Positions 1 through 11,854 of a stretch of 64,000 nucleotides of DNA are shown piece after piece. The stretch lies in assembly GCA_037431425.1 (NCBI GenBank), contig GCA_037431425.1_4129.1; one strand, written 5' to 3'. The translations under genes and the position numbers were made by a program. This stretch comes from a phage. The number at the start of each line of letters is the position of its first letter. Position 1 is the first letter of the stretch. A model generated the notes under the pieces. The model was not told the DNA's origin. It did no database searches and saw only the letters and a list, made by a program, of their open reading frames with translations.

Positions 1-31
1 TTATGTATTATATGCATATTGAGGACTGATT

Positions 32-862
32 ATGTCATTGGAAAAATTAATCATTTCCGAATTCCGAAAGTACATCATGGATTGTGATAGAGATATCCAG
101 CGTAAATTCAATGAGTATCTTGACAAATATCCATATTTGATGTTTAATCCATTTGAAACTCAAACCGATGTCAAACTTGGATTTTACATTGGGTTTACTC
201 AACGAATTCTACAACAATATGAGATGAAACAAGCAGAGGTTTGGGTAGAAACTGATTCGAATGAGACGAATGTTTTTTACCTGTACTCTTATTATGCGGA
301 AATTGTTAGTTCAATGACACTAGAAGGGTATCTATTCGTCAAAACATCTGATATTGAAAAAATATACATAGAACCTGTATCTTTGGATATGGTTGCCCAG
401 CTTCCAACTATCCAGCAAATGGATGCGAATGAATTAACATATTCAGTATTTGAGTACCTTAATAGAGATGATTTAACTCAAGAAATTGAGAATATGGTTG
501 CATCATATACTTCAACTCTTATATCTAATGGTTCACTTAGAATAGAACTGATTTACGACGATACTAGTACTAATGCAGTACGAGGTACTCGAATTGGAAA
601 AGTTACTATACGTGTTGTCCACAATGATGTAGTACTTGGTTATATTTCGAAACGTGGTCATGACTTGTGTATGATTAACGCATATGTTATTGACCGAAAA
701 GAATGGAACGATTTAATGCAAAAAATCGTAGACGGAAGTGGAATTCGTGATATAATGAGTAATGAAACAGTGATAATTAATCCTGATATTGACTGTGATG
801 TATATTTTCCAGTTCCTGGATTTACACTACGTAATTTTGGTAAATTAAAGGATACAAAATGA
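32..862 (+). CDS. hypothetical protein (276 aa)
   Basis: Long track ORF; stop overlaps next start at 859. Confidence 0.6.
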   Translation: MSLEKLIISEFRKYIMDCDRDIQRKFNEYLDKYPYLMFNPFETQTDVKLGFYIGFTQRILQQYEMKQAEVWVETDSNETNVFYLYSYYAEIVSSMTLEGYLFVKTSDIEKIYIEPVSLDMVAQLPTIQQMDANELTYSVFEYLNRDDLTQEIENMVASYTSTLISNGSLRIELIYDDTSTNAVRGTRIGKVTIRVVHNDVVLGYISKRGHDLCMINAYVIDRKEWNDLMQKIVDGSGIRDIMSNETVIINPDIDCDVYFPVPGFTLRNFGKLKDTK

Positions 863-1149
863 AAATTTTAGAAGTTTTACTTGAAAAAGATGCATCTGGT
901 ACTCTTTATGTTGGTAATGATTTCAGTCCTGATCCAATTGATATGATGCAGCGTATTCAATCACTGACCCAATCAATTTCAGTTAAACAACCTTTCCTAA
1001 AAGAATTGGAAATTCATTGCGATAAAGACATGGAGCAGCATGATAATGTTATTTCTGATATCAAAAATCTGTTGACAAAGAACGGATATGTGGAGTATAA
1101 TCCTCCTATCGTAATCGTTATCCCTGGCTTCATGAGAGGAACATTGTAA
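859..1149 (+). CDS. hypothetical protein
   Basis: Track ORF; ATG at 859 after aaagga; co-oriented compact array. Confidence 0.55.
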   Translation: MKILEVLLEKDASGTLYVGNDFSPDPIDMMQRIQSLTQSISVKQPFLKELEIHCDKDMEQHDNVISDIKNLLTKNGYVEYNPPIVIVIPGFMRGTL

Positions 1150-1418
1150 TGACGAAAGAAGAAATGAAATCTCGCTTAAGCGAACTGAAGAAAGAACGCA
1201 AACTAGTCCGTTTGGACTGGGACATTCTTAACAAAAAAGATGAGCAATCATATGCTAATTGGAGTTCTGATAAAGTTCGCAATGAACGTAGTAAAGAAGA
1301 CAACAAACAGTTTATGGCACTGTCCAAGCGTTTATCTGCATTAAATAGTGAAATTACAGGTCTACAGAAAGAAATTATTTCGATTTTACGAGATGAGATT
1401 AAATCACTATATGAATAA
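1149..1418 (+). CDS. hypothetical protein, charged/coiled-coil-like
   Basis: Track ORF; start overlaps previous stop. Confidence 0.55.
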   Translation: MTKEEMKSRLSELKKERKLVRLDWDILNKKDEQSYANWSSDKVRNERSKEDNKQFMALSKRLSALNSEITGLQKEIISILRDEIKSLYE

Positions 1419-1707
1419 ACATGAAGTATTAGTATTAGATAATAAATTCTATGTACCAAATAATGATAGTACTGAAACATATTATCTAATTAATAAAATT
1501 ATGACTGAAACTAATACTTGTTGTCGTCAAATCCCAGGAAAATATGAGTTCAGTCAGTCTATTGGCTATTATCGTTATAATCCATTGGAATCATTTACAA
1601 TTGACGTGTTGAAAGTTATTGACATTCTTGTACAGAATGGGTATAATGAAAAACATGTAAATAACTCAGAATTACCAGTTTCAAAAATCGTTATTTCTAA
1701 TAATTAG
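1411..1707 (+). CDS. hypothetical protein
   Basis: Track ORF 1348..1707; start moved to in-frame ATG 1411 (ATGAATAA overlap with upstream stop). Confidence 0.5.
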   Translation: MNKHEVLVLDNKFYVPNNDSTETYYLINKIMTETNTCCRQIPGKYEFSQSIGYYRYNPLESFTIDVLKVIDILVQNGYNEKHVNNSELPVSKIVISNN

Positions 1708-1709
1708 AG

Positions 1710-1738
1710 TTGGATAATAACAGATGATGTGATATAAT
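1710..1738 (+). promoter_or_regulatory. sigma70-type promoter (TTGGAT-N17-TATAAT)
   Basis: Read directly from sequence; precedes ORF 1821. Confidence 0.5.
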
Positions 1739-1820
1739 GTTTTTATCGGCAGATGTTAAAATGCAAACCATTCCTCAATGATGAGGGTTTTTCATTAAAA
1801 AGAAATAAAAGGGTATTAAA

Positions 1821-2030
1821 ATGGCTAAAGAAATTCACGCACAAGTACTAGATATCACCGACTTCGACCGCACTGTGAACTACATTCAATTCCAGATTCA
1901 TCAAGCTGAAGAAGCTCTTGCTGCATTCCATGGTACTGGTGCAAGGCCAATCCGTTTTGCTCACCTAGTTGCATGGAAGAAAAGTCTACAAGAAGAACTG
2001 TCTGAAATGCGTAAAGCAAATCGTAAGTAA
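1821..2030 (+). CDS. hypothetical small protein
   Basis: Track ORF between promoter at 1710 and terminator hairpin at 2039. Confidence 0.55.
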   Translation: MAKEIHAQVLDITDFDRTVNYIQFQIHQAEEALAAFHGTGARPIRFAHLVAWKKSLQEELSEMRKANRK

Positions 2031-2038
2031 TCTGTTTT

Positions 2039-2067
2039 CGCCCCATCAATTCTGGTGGGGCATTTTA
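2039..2067 (+). terminator. rho-independent terminator
   Basis: GCCCCATCAATTCTGGTGGGGC hairpin followed by ATTTT. Confidence 0.6.
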
Positions 2068-2093
2068 ATCACATAAATCAAGAGGATTAACAC

Positions 2094-2600
2094 ATGAGTA
2101 TCGAGTATTGGTTTTTGTTTGTGTGTATTGGAACACTTGCATTAATTACAATTGGATTAATTTTTAATACAATGATTACTGGAAGTAAGTACTTTAAAAC
2201 ATTCCAGCTTTTAATGTCAGCTATGCCATATAGTGCAGAAGCCGAAAAAACAATTTCTCTAATTTTAGATAAGTTCGATGCAAATCTGTTAGTTGCGAAA
2301 ATTTCGGATTGTGATACAAATATGGTATTTTATTCTACCGTCGATGAATCAGGTTCAAAATATGACAAATGTACATCTCCTATAGTTGCTGAAATTTTTA
2401 TTGGTTCAAAATATTATGCTTACGGGTATGTAAGAAAATATTATTCCGAAGCAAAAGCTGAGTTGACGAAGAAACGCCCATCGGTAAAAACATTAAAACG
2501 TATCATTGCGTTGGAAAATAAACTTCGTGGAGAAATTAATACAAATGAACCACCATCAGTAATTAAATCAAAAAATAATATTGTCGTGGAGTTAGAATGA
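2094..2600 (+). CDS. hypothetical membrane protein
   Basis: Track ORF; hydrophobic N-terminus; SD aagagga upstream. Confidence 0.55.
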   Translation: MSIEYWFLFVCIGTLALITIGLIFNTMITGSKYFKTFQLLMSAMPYSAEAEKTISLILDKFDANLLVAKISDCDTNMVFYSTVDESGSKYDKCTSPIVAEIFIGSKYYAYGYVRKYYSEAKAELTKKRPSVKTLKRIIALENKLRGEINTNEPPSVIKSKNNIVVELE

Positions 2601-2601
2601 G

Positions 2602-2889
2602 ATGCAGCCTGAAAAATCAAAACAGATCCTTATTGATGTACAAGCTAAATTATTAGATGTTATGAAAATCATCGATGAGTTACCACAGGGTTATAAGTTC
2701 AAAGTTCGTGAGATGTTATCGTGTGCCGAAACTGTTGTTTCTATGTATGATGATGTGCAGAACGGAGTTATTCCTGATATTTTAAACGATGATGTAAATA
2801 ATACCGAAGTGGAAGAGACGATCTCAGAAACAGAAAATGTATCTAATAAAAAAGTACTTGATATTAGTGGTATAAAAATTAATATCTAA
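2602..2889 (+). CDS. hypothetical protein
   Basis: Track ORF, tightly abutting previous gene. Confidence 0.5.
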   Translation: MQPEKSKQILIDVQAKLLDVMKIIDELPQGYKFKVREMLSCAETVVSMYDDVQNGVIPDILNDDVNNTEVEETISETENVSNKKVLDISGIKINI

Positions 2890-2967
2890 AATATTCAATA
2901 AGAGAATTAATGAGTTATTAAATAGTTAGAGATCAAAACACATACATTCGCAGTTACGTCAAAAATC

Positions 2968-3003
2968 ACTTTATATTACCCAGTACTAGTACTGGGTATT
3001 TTT
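2968..3003 (+). terminator. terminator-like hairpin
   Basis: CCCAGTACTAGTACTGGG palindrome followed by TATTTTTAT. Confidence 0.5.
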
Positions 3004-3016
3004 ATAAGGATATAAA

Positions 3017-3409
3017 ATGACTAAATCTGAACTATATGAAATGATAGATTTCATTTATGAAATGGTACAGGATGAAAAACACATCAATACTATTGGATCA
3101 GGTCCAAGACAAATTGGTAACCAAATGACATATTCTTTGTCCTTATGGTTACACCAACAATTCAATGTTGATTGTTTGTATTTCCGTCCTGATATTGGTG
3201 CATATTATTTTGTCAATTATGATGCACTAATGAAACAAAGCAAGCGACCAGTTGATGAATCATTTGTTACATACCCATTTTACCTTGCTGAATCAGAGGA
3301 AGATGAATTTCAAAAAGAAACCGTTTTAAGCAAAGGCGAAATTTGTATCCCTTACGCACTTAAAGATAAAATGATTTACATCACAGAAGTTATGAAAACA
3401 TGCTGGTAA
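3017..3409 (+). CDS. hypothetical protein with C-terminal EExFQxxTV module
   Basis: Track ORF; C-terminal EDEFQKETV motif shared with about 9 other ORFs here. Confidence 0.55.
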   Translation: MTKSELYEMIDFIYEMVQDEKHINTIGSGPRQIGNQMTYSLSLWLHQQFNVDCLYFRPDIGAYYFVNYDALMKQSKRPVDESFVTYPFYLAESEEDEFQKETVLSKGEICIPYALKDKMIYITEVMKTCW

Positions 3410-3456
3410 GTGCAATGAAACTCAGATATAATACTATGACTTACTAAGGAGAACAT

Positions 3457-4026
3457 ATGAACTTTATTAAATTCAACACATCTGAGTCAGAAGCATACTT
3501 TAATACAAATAATAAATTTAATATTATTCTTAAAGACGGAACGGTTGTTATCGGAGTATCATTGCTTTCATTTGATGGCGAAAAACTCGAAACTGTTTAT
3601 AAATTCACCAATCTTGATGGTGATTATTGGGATACATCAGATGTATCTAAAATTTGCACACATTATGTATTTGAATCTATTGAAGTTGGTGATGGCTGGG
3701 CATTGACCTGCAATGGTAATAAAGTATTTTCTGGTAACATATTTGGGGTAATTTCCAGTAAAGAAATAGTAGACCATCATCTTCATGTTCTCAATAATAA
3801 CGCCAACACTTATACACCTGATAATATCAAAATTCACGATATTGTAACATATATTGATTATAATGGTTTCAGACATAAAGCAATTGTAACTGAAATTAAA
3901 AAACCAAAAAATTATTTCGATCACGGTTTGATTGAAGTATATATGGTAGGTGGCGAAAAACAATACTTTGAACATTTCACTTATACTGGTTGGGATAGAT
4001 TCCTAACCGTTATTGAGGAATACTAA
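3457..4026 (+). CDS. hypothetical protein
   Basis: Track ORF; SD aaggaga upstream. Confidence 0.55.
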   Translation: MNFIKFNTSESEAYFNTNNKFNIILKDGTVVIGVSLLSFDGEKLETVYKFTNLDGDYWDTSDVSKICTHYVFESIEVGDGWALTCNGNKVFSGNIFGVISSKEIVDHHLHVLNNNANTYTPDNIKIHDIVTYIDYNGFRHKAIVTEIKKPKNYFDHGLIEVYMVGGEKQYFEHFTYTGWDRFLTVIEEY

Positions 4027-4027
4027 C

Positions 4028-4516
4028 ATGCCGATTCGTGGTGTACCAGACCCAATACGTGAAATTCTTAAGCACATTCGCATTGAAACACTAGAAGTTA
4101 ACATGCGTCGTTATAATATATATTACTTTAAAACTTCCGAAATGAGTTCTGTACAGATTGTCATTGGTACATCTATTAAGATTACTCGTGTACTTGATGG
4201 CAGTACTGACTTTGTTGAATACAACGTACTTACTAATAAAGTAACACATACATATAAATGGAGTGGATATAAAACTATTAAATATGAGTTTGACTTAGCT
4301 AGAACCGAAGAAGAACGATTCATGTTGAGTACTATAAATCCAGAAAACTATCCTGACATTGATACATTTTTGCTAATTTTAAAATTGTATAATAAAGCAA
4401 ATGAGAAAGCTAAAGAGTACAATAGAATCATGTATGAACGCAAAAAAGAACGTGTACAAAAAAGTTATGATCTGTATGATAACCCATACGTGAAATATAG
4501 TAAGGGAAAGAAATGA
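4028..4516 (+). CDS. hypothetical protein
   Basis: Track ORF 4013..4516 begins with TTG; ATG at 4028 preceded by GAGGA is the better start. Confidence 0.5.
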   Translation: MPIRGVPDPIREILKHIRIETLEVNMRRYNIYYFKTSEMSSVQIVIGTSIKITRVLDGSTDFVEYNVLTNKVTHTYKWSGYKTIKYEFDLARTEEERFMLSTINPENYPDIDTFLLILKLYNKANEKAKEYNRIMYERKKERVQKSYDLYDNPYVKYSKGKK

Positions 4517-4917
4517 ATAATGAAGTTCAAATTATCATTACTCCACCTATACAAAGTCTGGATGTAACCATTAGTGATTTTTTGGAAAAATACTATGAAT
4601 GGTTTAATGAAGATTCAGTCATTTATAACCATTCATTACCTGATGGTTTCGTTGAGCTTATTGAATTAAATGCCAAATCACTATACTTCTGTGTTGAATA
4701 CAATGATTATATGACAGATGAAGCATATCGTTTTCGTTGTACATTGTATCCTAACCATTTTTCCATTGGTTATAAAGACTATCAGTACTGCACCACAAAC
4801 TATAGTGTAGAGGAAGAATTTCAGTACAATTTACTTTATCCTGATTTAGATTATACGATTGCAGTACTGTTGACTAAAATCATGGATTTTTATAAAGATA
4901 AATATAATGCAGCCTAA
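4513..4917 (+). CDS. hypothetical protein
   Basis: Track ORF; overlapping start/stop with neighbours. Confidence 0.5.
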   Translation: MNNEVQIIITPPIQSLDVTISDFLEKYYEWFNEDSVIYNHSLPDGFVELIELNAKSLYFCVEYNDYMTDEAYRFRCTLYPNHFSIGYKDYQYCTTNYSVEEEFQYNLLYPDLDYTIAVLLTKIMDFYKDKYNAA

Positions 4918-5092
4918 GACATTCGATGAGTGGTATCAAATACATTACAATATAAATGCAGCAGATATATACTATTTTAAGCTTGAATTGTATATATCAT
5001 TGCGTGACCCAGTTGAGTACTATAACAACATTATCAATTGTGATGATTTTGGTACATATTTTAGTATTGCAGTTATGGATAAAATAAGATGA
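4907..5092 (+). CDS. hypothetical small protein
   Basis: Track ORF. Confidence 0.45.
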   Translation: MQPKTFDEWYQIHYNINAADIYYFKLELYISLRDPVEYYNNIINCDDFGTYFSIAVMDKIR

Positions 5093-5259
5093 CACACAAA
5101 GAATGGTTAGATGAACTAAAGTTCAAACATGATCATTTTGGCCTTGGTATACGCCAGAGTCATTATGATGTGTTAAAAGATAAACAACTTTTCAAATCAT
5201 TAGTACTTGATGAGGATAGTAATCACTGGTACATCTATGAGCTTGCGGTTAGAGATTAG
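5089..5259 (+). CDS. small protein of the MTHxEW family (56 aa)
   Basis: Manually found ORF below track cutoff; ATGA overlap at 5089; N-terminus MTHKEWLDE resembles the tandem ORFs at 6345-6831. Confidence 0.4.
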   Translation: MTHKEWLDELKFKHDHFGLGIRQSHYDVLKDKQLFKSLVLDEDSNHWYIYELAVRD

Positions 5260-5269
5260 AAGATATAGT

Positions 5270-5562
<293 letters not shown>

Positions 5563-5569
5563 TTTTTCA

Positions 5570-5597
5570 TTGACAACCTCAGTATATTTGCTATAAT
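5570..5597 (+). promoter_or_regulatory. sigma70-type promoter (TTGACA-N16-TATAAT)
   Basis: Consensus hexamers; precedes ORF 5632. Confidence 0.65.
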
Positions 5598-5631
5598 CAC
5601 TTCAGATGAATAAATCCACGAGGTATCCAAA

Positions 5632-5832
5632 ATGACAAAAGCAGAACTTGTTGCATTATTGGAATCATACCCTGATGATGCATGTATTGAAATTGTACAT
5701 ACTACACGACATTTTGACATTGAAGATGTAGTACGTTATAATGATAAAGGTGTACTAATCATGGAACTGTGTATTGGTGAAGTGAAAACTGTACCTGAAT
5801 CAGAAAAACGTAAAAAAATTAATCAGGAGTAA
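5632..5832 (+). CDS. hypothetical small protein
   Basis: Track ORF downstream of promoter at 5570; SD-like sequence upstream. Confidence 0.55.
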   Translation: MTKAELVALLESYPDDACIEIVHTTRHFDIEDVVRYNDKGVLIMELCIGEVKTVPESEKRKKINQE

Positions 5833-5836
5833 TATT

Positions 5837-6109
5837 ATGCATTTTGAAAAATTCAACACAAGTCGTGACACACGCATTGATGCTCTTTATGAAACCCAAG
5901 ACTCAATTAGTATTCGTACACGTAGTGGTGATGTATATCATGACTGTACTATTGGTTGGGAACAGGGAAGAACACGTAGTGCAGAATTCGATAACTATCG
6001 CTTCTACCAAGGGGACATCACAATCTGGCCTGAAGACGTAGAAGATATTGCAATTGAAGATGAACATAAAGATGAATTTATCAAATTTAATCCCGAAACC
6101 GAATCATAA
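5837..6109 (+). CDS. hypothetical small protein
   Basis: Track ORF; SD aggag upstream. Confidence 0.55.
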   Translation: MHFEKFNTSRDTRIDALYETQDSISIRTRSGDVYHDCTIGWEQGRTRSAEFDNYRFYQGDITIWPEDVEDIAIEDEHKDEFIKFNPETES

Positions 6110-6114
6110 ATAAC

Positions 6115-6239
<125 letters not shown>

Positions 6240-6246
6240 CAAAAGA

Positions 6247-6320
6247 CGGGGTATAGCACAATTGGATAGTGCAAGAGAATTCTAATCTCTAGGTTGGGGG
6301 TTCAAGTCCCTCTACCTCGG
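6247..6320 (+). tRNA. tRNA-Arg (anticodon UCU)
   Basis: Hand-folded: acceptor CGGGGTA/TACCTCG (one GU), D-stem GCAC/GTGC, anticodon stem AGAGA/TCTCT loop ATTCTAA, T-loop TTCAAGT. Confidence 0.75.
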
Positions 6321-6344
6321 CCTACTTCAATTAAAGGTTAAACC

Positions 6345-6509
6345 ATGACGCATGAAGAATGGATGAATGACATTAATTTTAGATATGCAGGTATCGGTAA
6401 CTGGAGAAAGTATCATTGGGAAATCATATCAGACCCAGCAGAATACGATAAACTTATGAATCATGAAGTGTATCCGTGGTTCTTTATTGAAATAATGGTA
6501 CGATTATGA
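6345..6509 (+). CDS. small protein, MTHEEWMNDINFRY family, copy 1 (54 aa)
   Basis: Manually found; SD aaaggtta; ATGA overlap with copy 2; near-identical N-terminus across three tandem copies. Confidence 0.5.
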   Translation: MTHEEWMNDINFRYAGIGNWRKYHWEIISDPAEYDKLMNHEVYPWFFIEIMVRL

Positions 6510-6666
6510 CACATGAAGAATGGATGAATGACATTAATTTTAGATATTCGGGTATCGGTAAATGGCTAAAGTATCATTGGGAATTCATTTCAGAGCCACA
6601 TCTGTATGATAAACTTATCAACGATTCTGCATATAAAATGTACTTAATTGAACTACTGGTACGAAC

Positions 6667-6670
<4 letters not shown>
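6506..6670 (+). CDS. small protein, MTHEEWMNDINFRY family, copy 2 (54 aa)
   Basis: Tandem paralog; ATGA overlaps on both sides. Confidence 0.5.
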
Positions 6671-6839
<169 letters not shown>

Positions 6840-6843
6840 AATC

Positions 6844-7284
<441 letters not shown>

Positions 7285-7312
7285 GTATCTTAACAACAGA
7301 AGGTATATTGAA

Positions 7313-7552
7313 ATGGGTAAGTATTTTGTGAGTTATAGTTATAATGTATCACGAAAGATTCCACGCGGTGACGGAATGGGATGGTCTTATGATGCATATA
7401 CTTTAAATGAGTCATGTATCATCGAATTACAAGAAAAAGACCTTGACATTTTAAAAATCAAACAATATATTCTTGATGTTGAATTGGCACATCGTACTGA
7501 TACCTATCCAGATGTAAACAACATCAGCATCTTAGTACTAACCAAAGTATAA
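7313..7552 (+). CDS. hypothetical small protein
   Basis: Track ORF 7283..7552 starts with TTG inside the promoter; ATG at 7313 with SD agaaggta is preferred. Confidence 0.5.
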   Translation: MGKYFVSYSYNVSRKIPRGDGMGWSYDAYTLNESCIIELQEKDLDILKIKQYILDVELAHRTDTYPDVNNISILVLTKV

Positions 7553-7622
7553 GATAAAAAGAACTTTACTAAATAATTCCACTGGAGATTAATATGTTTA
7601 AAGATGAACGTCCAGATTTGTA

Positions 7623-7661
<39 letters not shown>

Positions 7662-7667
7662 GAATTC

Positions 7668-8002
7668 CACAATCAGACGTATATGGTGTAAGTTACGTCG
7701 ATGCTATCCAGAACAAGATCTCTGGTACTCTAGGAAGTGGTGAATGTTAACCTAGACGGGTTTGATAATTGGACGATAGGCAATTATTACTTGACTAGCA
7801 GGTTGAAACTAGAGGTGACAGTCCTTCACCAAACTGGAAAGCCGGATGGACTTTTATTTAAAAGGGTAAGGCGTGGAAATATGTTTACTGTAGTTGCTTT
7901 TAGTAGCCTGTACGCCCCACGTCAAGGTAGTCGAAAGGCAAGTTAAAACGGGTGGTTATAAAGCTGAATTAACAGCGGCGTTTAAAAGCGTCACCATCCA
8001 TT
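7668..8002 (+). ncRNA. candidate structured non-coding transcript (or small basic protein)
   Basis: Promoter 7633..7661 upstream, T8 run at the end; locally GC-richer; track ORF 7737..7946 inside has a GTG start and unconvincing composition. Confidence 0.3.
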
Positions 8003-8023
8003 TTTTTAATTAAAGTTGGCTAT

Positions 8024-8390
<367 letters not shown>

Positions 8391-8401
<11 letters not shown>

Positions 8402-8420
8402 TATTCAGTACTGATATAAT
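8391..8420 (+). promoter_or_regulatory. sigma70-type promoter (TGGACA-N18-TATAAT) upstream of tRNA-Ser(GCU)
   Basis: CAGTACTG then TATAAT, 7 nt before the tRNA 5' end. Confidence 0.55.
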
Positions 8421-8426
8421 TAATTT

Positions 8427-8513
<87 letters not shown>

Positions 8514-8525
8514 TAAATTGTTCCA

Positions 8526-8612
<87 letters not shown>

Positions 8613-8662
8613 CTGATATTGTTATTATATGAGTTCTAACGATAATGAAACACTAGGAACAT

Positions 8663-8833
<171 letters not shown>

Positions 8834-8857
8834 ACGAAATTACAATAGGAAATTAAA

Positions 8858-9043
8858 ATGCAACTTTTAATTCTTTCAATATTGTATATTATTATAATGG
8901 TTCCGATATCAATACGTTTAATTACAGTTGAACGATTTTTATCGAAACATGGAAATAGATCTATGATATTTGTACCAATCGGGTTGATATTGTTTGGTAT
9001 ATTTTCATTTATAATGGGAATTAACGCTACATTCATTTCATAG
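8858..9043 (+). CDS. hypothetical small membrane protein
   Basis: Track ORF; hydrophobic; agga upstream; immediately after the tRNA cluster. Confidence 0.45.
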   Translation: MQLLILSILYIIIMVPISIRLITVERFLSKHGNRSMIFVPIGLILFGIFSFIMGINATFIS

Positions 9044-9052
9044 GAAACAAAT

Positions 9053-9310
<258 letters not shown>

Positions 9311-9412
9311 ATAAAAAGAACGAAAAGTAGACGGTCGTATTCAGTACTGAATCACCAGGGGAGGTTGTGATTCCCGATTCAGTAGCTTAAAAGCAGACCC
9401 GTATGTGCCTAA

Positions 9413-9465
<53 letters not shown>

Positions 9466-9466
9466 T

Positions 9467-9512
<46 letters not shown>

Positions 9513-9513
9513 T

Positions 9514-9647
<134 letters not shown>

Positions 9648-9649
9648 TA

Positions 9650-9833
<184 letters not shown>

Positions 9834-9913
9834 TAAATAATACAGTAAGATGGCCTCCCCTCCATATCATGAGAGTATAGAGACTTGTTGGTTATCTTAC
9901 TTTTAAACAAACT

Positions 9914-9987
9914 GCCTCAATAGCAAAATTGGTAATGCACACGTTTTGTAAGCGTGAGATTTTTCCGTTCGAGTCGGAATTGGGGCA
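9914..9987 (+). tRNA. tRNA-Thr (anticodon UGU), tentative
   Basis: Hand-folded: acceptor GCCTCAA/TTGGGGC (one GU), anticodon stem CACGT/GCGTG loop TTTGTAA, T-arm TTCCG-TTCGAGT-CGGAA; D-arm and variable loop slightly irregular. Confidence 0.55.
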
Positions 9988-10004
9988 CAAAATAAAGGCA
10001 CACT

Positions 10005-10421
10005 ATGACATACAATATTGTTAAAATGGTGAACTATGTATTAAAAAACAACTCATGGTCACTGCATGATGTACAATTAGAAGATATTGGTGAAGTTAGA
10101 GTATTTTGCTATGATGACGATTTGAACGAAACCACTGATTTGAGTAAATGTTTTAATATTTTTCTTGGTTATGAAATCAATAATCATTTTTATTCATTTG
10201 ATGTGTATTTTGAACGAGTTAAAATCAGAATTGCTAATGTAAATAGTGATTATTATGACACTAGAATTGAATTGAATTTTGATGATATAGATACTGAAGA
10301 AAAATTCTTTCAGTACTGTCTCGTAAACGATCTAAATGGATTGACATTTGAGGACATTAAAGCTATACTTAAAGTTCAAAGATTGATACCAGAAGAGGTT
10401 CTAAATCCCTTTAATGACTAG
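10005..10421 (+). CDS. hypothetical protein with C-terminal EEKFFQY module
   Basis: Track ORF; paralog-like to 10414..10779. Confidence 0.55.
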   Translation: MTYNIVKMVNYVLKNNSWSLHDVQLEDIGEVRVFCYDDDLNETTDLSKCFNIFLGYEINNHFYSFDVYFERVKIRIANVNSDYYDTRIELNFDDIDTEEKFFQYCLVNDLNGLTFEDIKAILKVQRLIPEEVLNPFND

Positions 10422-10779
10422 TTTAATAACTCGTATAATGCAAGATGTTCGTAAGAATCTTTATACTGGTAATTTTGATGATCCTAACATAAAAATATTA
10501 TGTTATGATGGATTCACACTGGTACATCCATCAGAATCTAATAATATATACATAGCATATACTTCTCCTAATCTTTTGTATCAATTTGATTTATATAGTA
10601 CATTAGCGAAAGTAATCTTAGATGTTTCAAAGGAGCCAATTTTTATAGCAGTACGTGATATTGAGTACACAGAAGAATCATTATTCCAGTACTCAACGAT
10701 AAATGACATTGGTGGGTTGACATTGGATGAGGTTAATGCTATAATAGCAGTCTCACGTTTGATTGATACTCACAATTAG
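10414..10779 (+). CDS. hypothetical protein with C-terminal EESLFQYSTI module
   Basis: Track ORF; C-terminus alignable with 10005..10421. Confidence 0.55.
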   Translation: MTSLITRIMQDVRKNLYTGNFDDPNIKILCYDGFTLVHPSESNNIYIAYTSPNLLYQFDLYSTLAKVILDVSKEPIFIAVRDIEYTEESLFQYSTINDIGGLTLDEVNAIIAVSRLIDTHN

Positions 10780-10788
10780 GAGATTCAT

Positions 10789-10980
10789 ATGTTCTGGAAT
10801 TTATTATGCTTGTTTGGTCGTACATTAGTTCTTGCAATTATTCATACACCTGGCATTCGTAATTATGTTTCTTATGAATTTAAGAAAAATTATCACAACA
10901 ATACTGAAGATCGTGCAACTAAGATGTGCAAAGACTTCAATGTAGATGTTCCACCATTCAAGAAGTACGAGGATGAATAA
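10789..10980 (+). CDS. hypothetical small membrane protein
   Basis: Track ORF; SD aggag upstream. Confidence 0.5.
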   Translation: MFWNLLCLFGRTLVLAIIHTPGIRNYVSYEFKKNYHNNTEDRATKMCKDFNVDVPPFKKYEDE

Positions 10981-11264
10981 TGGAATTTATTGTTGCACCT
11001 GATGAACTAAAAACATTCACGTTCCGAGACAATAACAATTATCCTTATACAAATCATTCATTGAATTCATTACATGTTATTTCAATCATTGCATCTGAAT
11101 ACAGAGACAATCCATGTATTGATTTTAAAACCACTGATGGTGAATATACATGGGTGATCCCAAAAGATAAATATAGTTATCAAGGGGCAGTAGAAATTCG
11201 CGACTCGATTCTACAGCAAATTGAAGATGGACATACTCATCCTAAACTAAACATTCAGTACTGA
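10980..11264 (+). CDS. hypothetical protein
   Basis: Track ORF; ATAATGG overlap with upstream stop. Confidence 0.5.
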   Translation: MEFIVAPDELKTFTFRDNNNYPYTNHSLNSLHVISIIASEYRDNPCIDFKTTDGEYTWVIPKDKYSYQGAVEIRDSILQQIEDGHTHPKLNIQY

Positions 11265-11380
11265 AATCGCTTATCAGAATAACTTCTAATAATAATTATT
11301 TTTCTCTACTATCTAACAGTATTTTACAAGAATTCTGTATTTTTGAAGTTGATTTTTGAACTTCTTATATGTTATACTTA

Positions 11381-11411
11381 CGGCTGATTCAATTATGAAT
11401 CAGCCTTTTTT
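11381..11411 (+). terminator. rho-independent terminator
   Basis: GGCTGATTCA-ATTATG-AATCAGCC followed by T6. Confidence 0.65.
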
Positions 11412-11429
11412 CTTATGAGGATTAATATA

Positions 11430-11846
11430 ATGAACAGAGAAGTTATTAGTTTAATGGATGAGTATATAAACCAAACGCATCGTTTGATATTTTTAAATGA
11501 ATTCGAGTCCAGAACAACGTATCATTCTGGAGAATATGAGATAACGACTGGATCATTTCTGAACGGATATATGGAGTTTTTTGAACAAAGCGATAATGTT
11601 TTTATTTCCATATCTGAAAAACATGGTGATGGTTGTGTTATTGATGTATGGCCCAATAAAGTAGAGATTGATACTTCACACAAAATTGTAATTGATGTAG
11701 ACGAATCATTATATGATTTAACTGAAGATATGTATATGCAGCTAAATTTTGTATATGACCTAACTAATATAAGTTATTGTAATTTAAGTAAATTATTTTA
11801 TATTTGTGGTGTATTACATAATAATACACAACAAAATAAAGGATAA
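11430..11846 (+). CDS. hypothetical protein with C-terminal EDMYMQL module
   Basis: Track ORF 11415..11846; ATG at 11430 preceded by gagga is preferred. Confidence 0.5.
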   Translation: MNREVISLMDEYINQTHRLIFLNEFESRTTYHSGEYEITTGSFLNGYMEFFEQSDNVFISISEKHGDGCVIDVWPNKVEIDTSHKIVIDVDESLYDLTEDMYMQLNFVYDLTNISYCNLSKLFYICGVLHNNTQQNKG

Positions 11847-11854
11847 ACATTTAA

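Noticed and set aside
1130-1480. Minus-strand track ORF overlapping + strand genes (others like it include 3637..3975, 4123..4323, 5469..5720, 12630..12872, 14300..14674, 17837..18298, 33131..33454, 36420..36671, 43191..43457)
   Set aside because: Each lies antisense within a better-supported co-oriented + strand gene, lacks an SD, and has low-complexity composition; treated as shadow ORFs
7737-7946. Track ORF in the GC-richer segment after promoter 7633
   Set aside because: Not rejected outright, but the GTG start and unconvincing composition make a protein call weak; reported instead as a candidate non-coding transcript
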